Assembly: GCA_000320545.1 (NCBI GenBank)
Contig: ADNK01002378.1
Span: 1-64,000 of the forward strand
DNA: 64,000 bases
DNA from: Bigelowiella natans CCMP2755
Taxonomy: Eukaryota > Protista > Cercozoa
Reading direction: 5' to 3'
The notes under the pieces were generated by a model. That model made no database searches and had not been told where the DNA came from. It saw nothing but the letters and a program-made list of their open reading frames with translations. Numbering within the stretch: position 1 is the first letter of the stretch; each line of letters opens with the position of its first letter. The translations under genes were made by a program, and so were the position numbers. Below, piece after piece: positions 26,196-39,342 of the stretch.

Positions 26196-26232
<37 letters not shown>

Positions 26233-26533
26233 TGTGCTTTCCACACTCATTGTAATACGGTTTTAGATTGCAGCGAGTAAGGAGTATAAGAGAGGAAAAG
26301 ATGTAGACGTCGAGAAATTTCGCAAATTCTGTGCAGCTCCGACAACTCCGCGTTCAAAGAAAGATCTTAAGAATATAGCTATTATAGGTGGTGGGCCAGT
26401 TGGCCTTTGGATTGGCCTTCTCATACTACAAAAGTAATTTGAATATCATGGTGCACATTTGCAAGCAAACTCAAATGGAAGGAAAAATCTGAACTAAAAT
26501 CATTGTGTGTGTGTGTGTGTGTATGTGTGTGTA

Positions 26534-26577
<44 letters not shown>

Positions 26578-27640
26578 ACCGTCTCTCTTTTTTGGAAATA
26601 GGTACTCTCGGAGGCGGATTGGCAATGATGTAGCCCCTGAGTTGACACGGCCGTATGTGACTGTGTTTGAGAAACGGGACGACGAAAGCTATATGTCGCG
26701 CACATTCACGCTGGCAATCAAAAGCTGGACTGACAAGCTTATCAACCGCTATCTGCTACAACCTGAGACATTCGCTCCCGTATGTTCGCTTAATAAGCTC
26801 GAGAAAGCCCTCCGTACAGCTTTTGAGCAGCACGGAGGGAGAATGGAGTTCAAAGAAATACACGATCCTAACGAGCTGTGCGCCAATGGCTTTGACTATA
26901 TTTTCTGGTGCGGAGGCCGGCGATCTCTCTCACCTAGTGTCCGATCACAACTAAACATGGAACAAATCGAGGGTCATTTCGAAGAGGTGATGTTGCTGGA
27001 CTTCACACAGCATGAGCGTGTGCGTCGGCCAGTAAATGATGTGCTCACATCTGGTTTCAACGCACAAAAGCCGGGCCTCCGTGTGATGCTGCGTCCCGGA
27101 GACTCTCTCCTCGAAGGGCATATTTGGGTCTTTGGGGTATCGACTGAAATTGCTGCTGCGTGCAACCACTCGTGCATCGCCGGTAAGGAGTTCGAAAGCA
27201 TTAATAAATGTCTCATGGAGGTGTTTGAAGTATGTAACGAAGAAGGGAATAAGAAGGAGACCATGTCTTCAAGTCAGGAAACCCTTGAAAACCTGCTCGC
27301 TTCGTATGAGGCCATCTTAGTTCCTGTAAAAGTCCGCATTCACTCCACGCGCGCCGCGTTCTTTCATAGCAAAACCATCTTTTCTATGCTTGATAAGGCC
27401 GATGGGAGCAAAATTCCCTTTGTCCTTGCTGGAGATGCGGCTTATGGGAAACCATTTTGGACAGGATCGACACTGAATCACCATTTGCTTGATGTCCATC
27501 AAGAATTATCTAAATTAAAGATAGATCGAAATCATCAGGACGGAATGTTTAAGGGCTTCATCGAGCAGAATACATTTCGCACGAGCACACCGGGATTTGA
27601 TACGAGGAAGGAAAAGCCAAAATTTGTCTATGAAAAATAA
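25521..27640 (+). CDS. FAD-dependent oxidoreductase/monooxygenase-like protein with basic coiled-coil N-terminal extension
   Basis: The exon at ~26268-26432 gives NIAIIGGGPVGLWIGLLI (Rossmann GxGxxG). The next exon gives VTVFEKR and the C-terminal VLAGDAAYGKPFWTGSTLNHHLLDV (GD motif). The true start may lie ~160-300 bp upstream. Confidence 0.8.
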
Positions 27641-28707
27641 TGATGAATGAATTATTTATTTATACTTGAGTATGTATACGTGTGTGTGTGTGCTGTGTGC
27701 CGTAGTACACACACGTACGAATCTGTAAGCATAACGCGTATAGAGAATGAGTCCATTGTTGTTGTTCTTATTTGCAGCGCGATGACTAACGCGACATGTG
27801 ACACCAGCTAGCCAGGCATAGCACTGCGTAAATTACAAGCGATGCGATGTGCAACGCAAGTGTTCTAGATATCTCGGCTTAGTAAACAATTTAGAGTGTA
27901 TCTAGTCTATCATTTGCCTTGATGATATTGCTGTGTCTATTATCTTGTTCTTATTGCATGGAACGCAAACACTAGTATTTTCAGACAATGCGCTGCCACA
28001 TATTGATGTTCTAAATGTAATAAATGTCAGAGAAATAAAAGGACAATTTGTTTGGTCATTTCATGTGAGGATGCTCAACAACTAGTTGTGTGCACCACTC
28101 CCACATTTTGCAGTTCATTCAGTCTCTCGACCGAAGAAGGTTTTCTCTAAACTCCGTTTCATTCTGCTCCGAACGGCCCAACCTAGGAGAGGGTAGGTTC
28201 GGTGGTTTGAACGTAAAAGGGCAGTTTGATTGAACATTGCAGTGTGAAACTCATTCGCAGTTAGTTTGAGGGGGGGGGGAATGGGACGCCACAGCTCCGC
28301 ATTGAACTGAAATGTGAAAATTCACTTGTGGACATTCGATCCGAGGCAGCGGAGTGTATGCTCGATCAGAGCTGTGCATATGATGTGTGACATCGGCATG
28401 GCACCGGTGCTGGGAAGAATTGCTGTCATCCTGACCTCGGTAGTTCAAGAGGAGGAGAAGGAATTCCAACGTTGAGGTTAAGATTAGTAAGATCATTTCC
28501 CCGAAGGAAATATTATATTCGGATGCAAAAATAATGCCATTTGTAGTGTGCGACATTCACGTTGCTACTTATTTCAAGGAAAAATTAACGGCCAAGAATT
28601 TTTATAGGATTTCCAAAATCGTTCGGGCCTGCAACAAAGAAAGACCCCTACCTACCCCACCCCACAAACCTTCCGAACGTACATCCCTCTCCCTTTGGAG
28701 ATCATCC

Positions 28708-30299
28708 ATGAACGTTCAAAGCATCATTGCTCTGGTATTATTGGGGACTCATTTAGTCGCTCCAGCACCTTTAGTTTCCAAAGTTCGTTCTCCTTTGATC
28801 CTGAGTAAGCATGCGCCGTCCAGGCGTGCAAGCGTGGATCTTGTGCGGCGGTAAGTTTTCATCGAATCTTCACGTACGTGAAAACAGCAAGTCTGATATT
28901 CTTTGATTCCTTTCTCCAATATACAATTTGTAGATCTCGTGAACCTAAGCACACAACGAAAATACGCCGTGCTGCTCCGAACGTACAGTCAGCGATAAAC
29001 CCTGCATCGGGCATTGAGCAGCCTAAGTCTACCTCTAAAAAGACCGTTGTGGGACTTACTTCTTTCCTTGCCGCCGACACCATACTAAAAATTGCCTTCG
29101 AGAAGGCTTCTGTCACTTCGTTCCCATCCTCTCTTGCTGGAATGATAATTGCTTTCACTAGTCTGCAGGGAGTTAGGATGTTCAGACCAGTTGCGGCTGC
29201 GAAAATTGTTGCTTTTATGGGACCGGCTGTAGCTCTATTGAAAGTGTGGCTGCCATTATTTTTTGTGCCACCCCTCGTCGTGCTTCCTCTAAAGTATAGC
29301 CTGGTATTTGACATCGCTGGGCGTCTAGCCGTGCTCGTTGCAAGTGGATTCATCTTTACCCTACTATCGACAGCTTTCGTGTCTAACTTGCTTCCAGGAC
29401 CACCGGCTAAAGACCTTGATACTATGGTAACTACGGCTGAGAAAGAACAAGCACCAAATCCTGGCCTCCCTGACCCCCGAAAGCCTTTAACAGTTGCATC
29501 TACGCTCCTTGTGCTCAACTTGCTTTTGCATGACAAAGTTGGCGAGATTGGGGGACAGACTATATTGCAGCGAATGTTTGGTGTCTCGTCGACGGCCACT
29601 GCATATCTTCTAGGAACAAGACTACCGGCAGCAATACGATCCGTTTTCCATCCTGTGCTCGCATGTGCCACAATCGCATCGGTCCTTCAATTTGTGCTCA
29701 GTGTGGTCACCGGCAGTTCCTACACAGAGACGTTAGCTAAATACTTCGGCGGCGGTTACGTGGGGGCTGGAGACATAATATCTCGCATGCTGGGACCGGT
29801 AATTATTAGCTTCGGCTTCCAACTCTACGTTTTCCGCGAAGTACTGATGAGTAACTTCCTCCGGGTGCTCGGAACAACACTGTTCGCCGCTGCGGCTAGT
29901 TTGCTCTCTTCCGCAAAACTTGCCTCGATGCTGAAGCTAATGCCCGTCGAAGCTGCTTTAACTCCGCTTACCAGGAGTGTAACCTCTCCTCTTGCATTGG
30001 CAGGGGCAGAAATTACGGGTGCCGATCCTTCATTATCTGCTTTTCTTGTTGCCATAACAGGCGTTCTTGGCGCAGCGCTTGGGAGGACTCTCCTTGAACG
30101 TTTCAAAATCACCAATGACGTGACCGCCGGCCTGGCAATTGGCGCTTCGGCTCATGGATTGGGTGCAGCATCGGTTTCCAACCAGCCAGTTAAGTTCTCC
30201 GCTGCTGCTTTGTCAATGACGTTGACAGGGTTGTGGACAGTGCTAATTTTAGCTGTCCCGTTGGCTAGAGATTTTTTGATCCGCATGGCAACTTCATAG
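28708..30299 (+). CDS. PLGG1: Plastidic glycolate/glycerate translocator (fused LrgA/LrgB family) with bipartite leader; one intron 28851-28933
   Basis: Signal peptide MNVQSIIALVLLGTHLVA plus a basic Ser/Arg-rich transit region. Motifs FPSSLAGM, WLPLFFVPPLVVLP, GAGDII..LGPVIISFG, RSVTSPLA, GLAIGASAHGLGAA; multi-pass hydrophobic. Confidence 0.93.
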
Positions 30300-31111
30300 T
30301 GATCAAAATGATAGAGATATGCACATACATGGGTCGTTGCTTTGATCAACATTGCTGAATCGTGCTGCATTGCAACACGGTTGAATCACATTGTACATTG
30401 CATCCAGTGCATGTAGTGATTGGGCAAAACCGTTTTAGTCAACAAGATTCATGGCTGCAAAACCATCCTTCTTCATGCAAGAGTCAAATTCGTGTGCCAT
30501 GTTTTGACAGAGGAGCTGTCATAGGAGTGTTCGTTGCTAGCAACATGATGGCATTGAGTGCAGACATAGATGGTAACAAGTCAGCAATTTTTAGGATTAA
30601 ACGATTTGATTTCTAGACATGTAAGATATGCAGCACGCTAAATTTATGCGCTATTATTTGCCGCTAGCTTGGCTGTGACTTTATTGCACACCATGATAAT
30701 GCTGATATGATGATCATCTGCTAAATAATTTGTGAGGGGCATGAAATGCATGCATATGACGATTGTGTCGGATCATGTAGAAGCCTGTCTAAATGTTGAT
30801 TTACATTAGTTTTTGACATTCGCGGCTCCTGGCTCCCTTTTCTCTCCACCACAAGCTTCACGATAAACACGATATGTGCTTCATTTTACCTCCATGTACG
30901 TAAAACCTAGTCAATACGTACTAGGAATTCATTGCATTCATAATTTTATGTACTCGAATATGCCGTATGAATTTATCTTCATTGATACTAAACATCCTTT
31001 AATGTGCACAACTCTGCACTGTGATAAAATGTGGCAATGTCACAAAAATGCAGGGTTTGTCCTAGCAGAGGTTGAAATAGCCCACGGGTTTTGCGTATGA
31101 CGACTTCATTG

Positions 31112-31576
31112 CTACGAATTCTCATTTAATTTTTGCTTTGATTTCTCCTGTTGCTCAAGTAATCTTTTTCGTCTCAGATTATTCCGTTTCACAAGCTGTT
31201 AAATCCAGCAATAGACAAATTATTTGTGTAGAAGAGTAGAATTATTTGGATTATTCTGACCACTCTATAGGTAGTCTCTTTCTCAGTTTCCGTCATCTTG
31301 TCCCAATTTGCTATTCGACTAATTGTCCCGTCGCTGTTTATCTACAAAACAAGCCTCTCACATACAAACACAACTACGATGTCAAAGTGTTTTAAACATG
31401 TATACCACTACGGGTCCAAGCTTATCAAATTTGACATTTTCTCCGAGCTTGAGAGTGTTGGTTTCTGATCTTTTGGCATCCGAGGGAGCAGGAAGTGCAA
31501 GCATCGGTCGCTTGTCCTTTTCCCCTTCTTCTTCTTCTGGGTCTGCAGCTTTTTCGACGGTCGGTTCGTCCTCCAT
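31112..31576 (-). CDS. Small conserved uncharacterised protein (LGP-x-x-x-N-x-DGT-x-x-RI-x-NW-x-x-MT-x-x-E family), 3 exons
   Basis: Spliced product ..MLALPAP..VKFDKLGPVV|INSDGTISRIANWDKMTETEKETTYRV|LVKRNNLRRKRLLEQ..*. I recognise the motif from small fungal/protist hypothetical proteins. Confidence 0.8.
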
Positions 31577-32927
31577 ACCGGCCCTATGTTATATCGAGCG
31601 ATAGGAATGCTCCGAATACTTAAGGATAACGCATAGGTAAGGTGGTGTTGGGCTATGGGATTCGTAACTTTGTGTGGGCCCCACCTCCTTCGGCCGAGTC
31701 TTTTCAAAGATTTGATTTTGACTGAATGTATCCCGAAAACTTCGATGATAAGCTGACATCTAATAATAGAGACAAAGTACATAATTCTATAAGATGTTTT
31801 CCCGATAAAAGTTGAACATAAATGAACTCATCGCGGTGCTGTTGAAAATAAGAGAAACTGTGCGGAGAAATTTCATGGGCTAAAAATTACGGGCTAACAA
31901 GAAAAACATGAAATTTCATCTTAGCGTCAGAGACTTCGGCATGTCGTTAAGAGAATATAGCGTGACAGAACTAGTAATTCATGTAGAAATGTTTTACATT
32001 TTGCTTCAGCGACAACAGAACACAACAAATAAAGGAAAATTCGAGAATCTACGAGAGCATTTCGAGAACTGGGATTGCCGATAAATTCTCCCTGTAGATC
32101 TAGGGGGGCTTTCTTTTTTTAGTTTTTCTCAATATTCAAGGCTGAATTCTTAACAAAATGCACACTCATTCAAACAGAAATAGGGATGCCTGAGTTCATA
32201 CATAAAAATTCCATGGTCGGCTCGAATTTTTTAGGAAAAATGATCGTTTATGAGTGCTTACGACATAAATATTTTGTTGTCGATTCTAAAGAAACCCGAT
32301 GCATTTTCGCTCAAGAAGCTGCATTCAAGTCTGGAAATAGAGAAAGTTATGATTTCAGTATCTAGAGTACAAAAAAACGGTTAGAGGTTCACTCTTTATT
32401 CCTTACGACATATAAATTAAATTGTCGTATAATATAATTGTATTACATTGGGATAATTTACTTTAAATACATGCTAAATATAAATCTGGACGAAGAATAG
32501 TCAGAAGCCGTAGAGCTCCTAGGGCGGAACCTCCCTCCAAGTTAGGTTTGTTGCCTCCCTCCTTCACTAGAGATAATAGCGGAAATCCCACACTCGTTCA
32601 TAAAAATTGATTCGTTTCTTTATCGAATTTGACCGATCCCACTCCAAAGACCAAGAAATAGTGACAAAATTTGTGAGAGCATGCCTTGTTTCCTGACTCG
32701 ATGCTGAAAAAAACTTTTGTTGAGAGACATAGTTTTTGCCTATGTTGCGGGAAGCTCTTAATCGACTTCAATGGCCGACATGAATGATGAATGTCTACTT
32801 CAAAAGAAAAATATATAGACGCTTACCTTCCGATGTTTGTGTGTTTCAGTAGGTACGTGGTTGGTCTTGGCGTACTCGCGTACGGAAACTACCGTTGAAT
32901 AAGTAAAATATCTTCCTGACGACAAGC

Positions 32928-34080
32928 ATGTCGACCGCTCCAACCGAAACAAAGGACAAATCGAAGGCCGACAGCACCTACTACTATTTCAAGAGCACGC
33001 CAGCTCATATAGCAAAGAACTATGTTCCACAGAAAATCGACAGCAACGGAGTGATGCCGGAGCAGACTCCTCGATTGCCAGTGGTAGAGAACACGCAAGG
33101 AAGCGCTTGGAACAGGATGGGAACATGGTTATGCATTTTTCTGAGCAGTGTCTGTACAATGTCCACTTAGCGCTGCCTACTACTTGTTGCTGTTTTAGGG
33201 AGGAGAAGGATTACTCAAAGTGGGCTAGGGATCGCCTGAAAGAGCTTCTATTAGAAATGGAATGTCCTGTCTTCTCCACTGGCGAGCTTAAAATCTCAGA
33301 TGTAGTGACTGCAGAAGGCGATGTAAGTCGCAACACTTCCATCTTTGTGCCTCCGTCTTACTGTTTCACTCTCTCCTTACCACTCTCCCGAAAATAATGA
33401 AAAATCGATATAGAACGATGAAAAATATGCTGCATTTCTATTCCCAGGCTACGATACTGTATCTACGTGGTAAGAAACGATTAGGCTTCGAATTGAATCT
33501 CAAAGCAAAATGGAAGGGTGGGTACCTGCTTGTCAAAAGTAGTTCTTGAGAATGATTTATGAGCACAACAACAAGGGTAGTGGTTTGAGAAGAGTATTTG
33601 GATGCGAACATTTCCTCTGTGCGTTCGTCTCGTCTACCCCGTGTTACTTCAGGCAAGGTAAATGATAAAGAAGTCTCCGGGCATATAAGCATTCCTTCGT
33701 TGGATTCCGATGATTGGCCCGATGATATTGAGGTGTTAATCACAAATCCGTACCCTCCGCCATGCGGTTACTGAAATACTGCATCTGCTCCAAACACTTA
33801 TTATTTCTTGCAATAACGTCCTAGATTGATTTCACGGCGGAGAAATCGGACTCACCTCACCTAGAAGCTCGCAGGTGACCTCCCCCCCCCCGGTTGTCGA
33901 CGAAGAAGTAGGAAATGACTGGCTTGCTTATCTATGAAATCAGATACGTAAAAAGTATGAAATCAACTGTCATGAAACAGCTTAAGGTTTGGATATTTCT
34001 ATCTCAAAATCCGGATGAAACTAATTCGATCCCATGTGTGTTTGGTGTAGACGTTCTACGATGAATTCAACGCTAAATAG
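32928..34080 (+). CDS. Activator of Hsp90 ATPase, N-terminal (Aha1_N) domain-only protein, 7 exons
   Basis: GSAWNRMGTW|EEKDYSKWARDRLKELL..KISDVVTAEGD|ATILYLRGKKRLGFELNLKAKWK|GKVNDKEVSGHISIPSLDSDD..|TFYDEFNAK*. The exons join through GT-AG introns. Confidence 0.88.
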
Positions 34081-34199
34081 ATGAGGTGGTACAATCACTG
34101 AGGAAACTTAGCATTATTAGAAATTTAGTTACACCTCAGGGCGACTTGCGTGTGAAAAAAGTATGTGCAGAATATGGTTTTATCTAATAAATATCGCAG

Positions 34200-34900
34200 C
34201 CGTCAGTTTCTGCTGCAACACCTCGTGACTTCATGTGGTCTAGTGGTTGCAATTCATGGATAAATTCCTCGTGTATGTTGTTCGCAGCGAAGCGGTTGTA
34301 TTGAATTTTTCTCGCGCAAAAAAACATATGTCTTGTTGCAGTGTCCTAGTGTCTAGGTGTGTTTAACAATTTATTACATGCTGTAGCGTGCATCCCGTCA
34401 TGTGCGGCATGATCAGCAGCCAGATGTTCGCGCACGGCTATATGCACATAGCTGGCGGTACGTTACAACGCATGTGCAATCTAGCTGCGCATGAATGAAG
34501 TGATTCCACATTGTTTGCACATGGGCTTAAGTAGCACTGCAGCATGTTGATGTGTATGTTGCTAGTCATGCAATGTGTAGCTAGCTAGAGCGTCACTGCA
34601 CATGTGGCGACACGTACGTGCAGATACAAATTAGAGCAAGCATGCTAGCATGGCTCATGAAACAATGATGTGTCATAGTGTGGCATAGAGGCGTTCTAGC
34701 GTTGGCTTGTCTATTTATTTCTTTACACGTGTTTAGTTCTGCTGACCACTAGACCATGCCATGCGATACCATTGTTATGCTGACGCTGATAAATGCTGGA
34801 ACGATGCAGAGCACGTGGCATGTACCATGAGAACGCTAGAACGCGTCAAGAAATGCTACATGACAGCGACGTACCATGGTGTACGTATGTACGTATGCAT
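34200..34900. repeat. Palindrome-rich alternating purine-pyrimidine spacer between convergent genes
   Basis: CATGCTAGCATGGCT at 34641 (identical to 16632 and 16889), CTAGCTAG at 34581, CACGTACGTG near 34611. Confidence 0.7.
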
Positions 34901-34919
34901 CCAAATAAATTGACCTTTC

Positions 34920-35589
34920 TTAAAGTATCGGCATTGCCAGTGGTGGTAAATATTTCTCGCCCTCTTCTCTATGAGCATCTTGATTTTCTCTTGCATTGAT
35001 ATGCGAATTGGAAATACACTCGCCACTTCCCTCCTCAGACGACGGAGATTGTGGAGAACCAATAATCTGGGCCTCCAGCGCCATGTTCTCCCTTTTTGTT
35101 GCTTCTATATAGCATCACGTACGCACAATATTCGGTTTTTCGAAGTCAAAATCAAAGCTGTGTAGTTATATGAACAGTAGGCCGAACAACCTTCCTTGCG
35201 CCTTTTTTCTTCTTTCAACAAGCCTACACAACGTTGGGCGGGCTCAAAATCATAGATGGTTTGCAAGACCTGAGAAAATAAATTAGTAGCAGTAAATGGC
35301 CGACTTGGAAACGACATTGCCGCTGCTGCAACTTACCTTTATCGTCGCAATCGCCTCCACCACCCATCTCTTATCAAAATCTTTCATGGGTGCCTGAAAG
35401 GGATATCGAAAACAACGATCAGGAGGAGGAAGACACACGCTGCAGCTCGTTAGTCCCTCTCCCTTATTCTTCTTACCGCCTGCGTCTTGAACGCCCAATC
35501 TAGAGACTGGTACAGCCGCTTGAGCATGATGATGCCTGGGATGAGGTGTGATCGTACGTGTGTGGGTCATGGTGAGTTGCTTGTATTCG

Positions 35590-35621
<32 letters not shown>

Positions 35622-37759
35622 TGTGTGTGTGTGGGTGTGGGTGTGGGTGGGCCGCAGAAAAAATGTACTAAAATCATTCCTCAAGAAGTCCCATCGATGG
35701 ATGATGAATTATTGCTGTCACGTTTCCAACAAAAATAATTTTCCCGTCATCACTCCCCCCACCCTCACCTTCCCGTGATGCGATTTCAGGGTACTGGCTC
35801 AGAAGCGTGACGACTTCCTGTGTGGACGCATCATCATTGCACTACACTCAAAACCAATGATGCTCTTTGTCATGGTGAACAGGGTAGTATACGTGCACGC
35901 ACAAACCAGTCTTCTAGGCCGACGAAGAGGCCCGTATGCATGTTGCTTGCAGATAAATCGCGCCACGGCCTGAATGGGTTTATTATTGCATCAGTAACTA
36001 TTGAAAGCGACATCTCCATCCCTCAACAACGAAGTCACAGCAGCAGCAGCAGCAGGTAGGTAGAAGCACTTACAGTGAAGTCCGGTGGGTGTGGAGGAAG
36101 CGACCTTCTGAGAAATCTGCTCGAGCGCATGTAGCGAAAATACATGCGAAACCTACACAATGGAGATTGGGCACGTGTTACATGTATCGCTATCGTGGGG
36201 AGATGGGAGGGCGGCATCCTTTTCCCAAACCCCCCCAACCTTTTCTGACCTTTCAACGGCCTTCTCTTCCTGGAGCTCTTCTGTAAGTCGTATAGATCTA
36301 CATAGATTGTACAATGAGTGTGTACTGTGCGGCTAGCCACGCTGTGCTTTTCATGTTGGCGATGTATGCACGCTCCTTAGTTACTTTATTCTCCGTTTCG
36401 AGCCATTGTTCTCGCCGTAAAAGTCGCCGAACCCAGTCGCACTCTCATCCCCGCTTTCATCATCTGCGGCATCAGACAGGCCTGGTGATTCCGAGAGCCC
36501 GTCTGCGTTGACCCTCATCGCCTTTGGGAAGACCTAAGGAATACACAGTGATCCAGAGTCCCAAGATATTTCAGCTCGAGACTTTCTCGTGGCCAACCGG
36601 TTGTGTGAAGGCGTATATTGTACGATGGAGAACATTGCGTGTAAAGGAAAACAGTGTATTACATGAAAACATTGTTTTATGTGCATATATGTACATATCA
36701 CATCCCCTGATCGATCGACAGATTTAAGTCTACTCTACGAAAATAGGCCTGGAGACAGTTTGGTCTAATGTAGTCTCCAAAGCTTTTAATCTCTATGCAT
36801 ATTTGAGCTAGAGCGAGAAATTGACGACATCGGTGCTGTCGTCGCCAGAAGCCACTATTCCTAGCTGGGACTTCGTTGCACACATACGGAGGGAATAGGT
36901 ATAGATGGAGGACAACAGCAGAGAGAACAAATGATGATGGCGATGACGACGACGATGATGATATTGATGATTTTGGCGGAAGGGGAGGAAGGACAAGATG
37001 TATACGTATGATGGCAACAATTGCGATGCGTATTCTTTAGTTGATGATTTGCTTCTTCACATACTCCTTCATTCTTCTTATTAGCATACTGCTGAAGCAC
37101 AGCTTCTTCGTAAAACCTACCCGGAATATGACAGGACAGCGTTTATTATTGCTCTTGGCTCATATAGAGTTTCTCCTCCTCCTCCTCCTCCTCCTCCACC
37201 TCGCTTCCCCCTTCTCTCTTGACTTTCTTTCCTTCTTATCCCCCCTCTCCCCCCATTCTTGTTGAATGACCTTTGGTATTGATGATACTTTTCATCGATG
37301 ATAAGCTCGTCGGAAAGCACCGCGGATTCGGAGCTGTGATGGTTGTCTTTATCGGCAACGCTAGTCGAACTGCAGCTCGCAGCCTCGTCCTCTTCCATCT
37401 CCTGCCGCTGCTTTAAGGCGTTCTGGTTCACTAATGCCTGTCGCCTCTTCTGCTCATCCTCCGGGAGCGGAAGCTGAATGCGTGAGAAGAGGACGTTTGT
37501 TCCAAAAGAAATATTTGTTGTCTTTTTCTGTGTCAGTATCTGCTTGCTCTAATTGCCGTTTCTATTTTAAGTTGAAGGCATGTTCATAGCTCAAAGGATG
37601 GTGCTTCCGACCTCATCTTCCAGGTTGTCGTGAGGGTGCCAATTGTACTTCTGGTGGTGGTGGGAGAAGATTCTTGCATTCAGTCCTGCAAAAGATAGCA
37701 TTTTAAAGTTTATTCGTCCTCCCCCTTTTCCTTCTCTTCCCCTCCCCCTCCCCCACCCC

Positions 37760-37847
<88 letters not shown>

Positions 37848-39342
37848 ACCCCTTCCTGCCTATCTATATGTATGTCAATATCCTCGTAGAGGCATAGATG
37901 TTCTATTCTCAACTGATTTCGGTACCATAATCGAAGTCGAACCGACGATTCAGCTTCCAGTAGACCTTCCCTTTGATACAGACGCTGCTGCTGCTGCTGC
38001 TACTGCTGTTCGCAGTAAATCGGTATAGCGTCTGCTGCCGCATCCACTTTCGCACATCTAATTTGCGTCAAATAATTTTTGAATAAACCCGTATCGAAGA
38101 ACAGTCTTCATAAGCAAGGACTGCGCAATTAGTAGGCACAGGGCTCTTGTATATTCTAACAGTTTAAACGCAAACGGTGATGATTTTGCTCTACAACGAG
38201 AGTCGTAGCTTTGGACAAGATTCGCCATTTTGATTAGTATTTAAAATGTATACGATTTCATAATAACGACCTCTCATGTATAGGCGTTGCAGAAGTGACT
38301 CGTTATAGACGGCTGGCTTAATTTTCTCTATCGTGTATTTTGTCAAAGCACAACTGCGTATCACATGCGAGTGTTGATGAAGAGCTTTGTCACTGTGATC
38401 GTTCATGACTGAAAGACAATACCAAAGTGGACAGTAGCTCTATTTCGCTTCCCCGATTCCGGCAGCCCCTCCCCTCTATTTCATTGCATTTCGGAAGAAG
38501 AAATTGATTTAAGCGATCGGTGTAGATAGTTCTCTTTATTACTATCATCATTATTATCATTATTTATTAGTATTTACCTTAGAAAGCACTCCGCGAGCGC
38601 CTCCGCATCGTCGACGTCCCACATCTAGATTATTATTGGTATGATGGCGCAAGAAACAGGCATACTAGGTGACAGCGAGAGCTAAAGCTTTAAGACTACT
38701 TGTTCGATCACGTCGCATCGCTTCCAGTTTTCCCAGGCCCGAGAATCTAAATGGTTAATTTTTGGTTATCTACAATTGCTGCAATCGGGCCAATTAGAAG
38801 AATACTGCAGCGATTTGCATCAAGTTGGCGTTGTTTGTGTGAGGTTGAAATTTAGTGTATCTGTTCTCCCACGGTTGCTGGTAAATCCCATCAAGTACTT
38901 CCGAGAGTCTACATCGCTAGATACAGAGAGGGTGCCTGGCGCGAGATAGCTTCCCTGCCACAATTGGGTCTGTTCGATGAAGTATTCGCAGGATTCATGG
39001 GCATGAAGGAGAAGCTATGTTCAACTGTCTACATACTTGCTCAACCGTCTTTACTCGCACGAGCTGAAAAGGGGGACAGAGTTAGATGAAATGAAGTGGG
39101 AAAGACATCAGTTCGTCGAAACTTTGCTGTGTTAATCATCACTTGGTTACCTCCACGTTGTACTTTGGGCGTTCTTTGCTCCCAGGCGGGGATGTGTAGG
39201 TCACACGAAGCTTGGTGTGATCAGATACAATGAAAGCTACCATTATATAAGTAAATGACGCCATAAACACAGCCATAGTCCACACGGATATCCCTCTCCC
39301 CCCCCTCATCTTCCTCCAGCTCCAGCCGGGGTCTCGTATCAT
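34920..39342 (-). CDS. Hypothetical type-II membrane protein, many exons
   Basis: First exon MIRDPGWSWRKMRGGRGISVWTMAVFMASFTYIMVAFIVS (single N-terminal TM), followed by many AG..GT-bounded open segments (e.g. LPLPEDEQKRRQALVNQNALKQRQEMEEDE; EVVTLLSQYPEIASRE). Phases and the 3' end are not fully resolved. Confidence 0.5.
37763..37845. repeat. Long intronic (TC)n microsatellite (representative of dozens of (CA)n, (TA)n, (GA)n, (CAT)n and poly-G tracts)
   Basis: About 80 bp of nearly pure TC dinucleotide repeat. Confidence 0.95.

Noticed and set aside
28859-29671. 270-aa ORF on the minus strand
   Set aside because: Antisense shadow of the PLGG1 coding exon, with no independent motifs.
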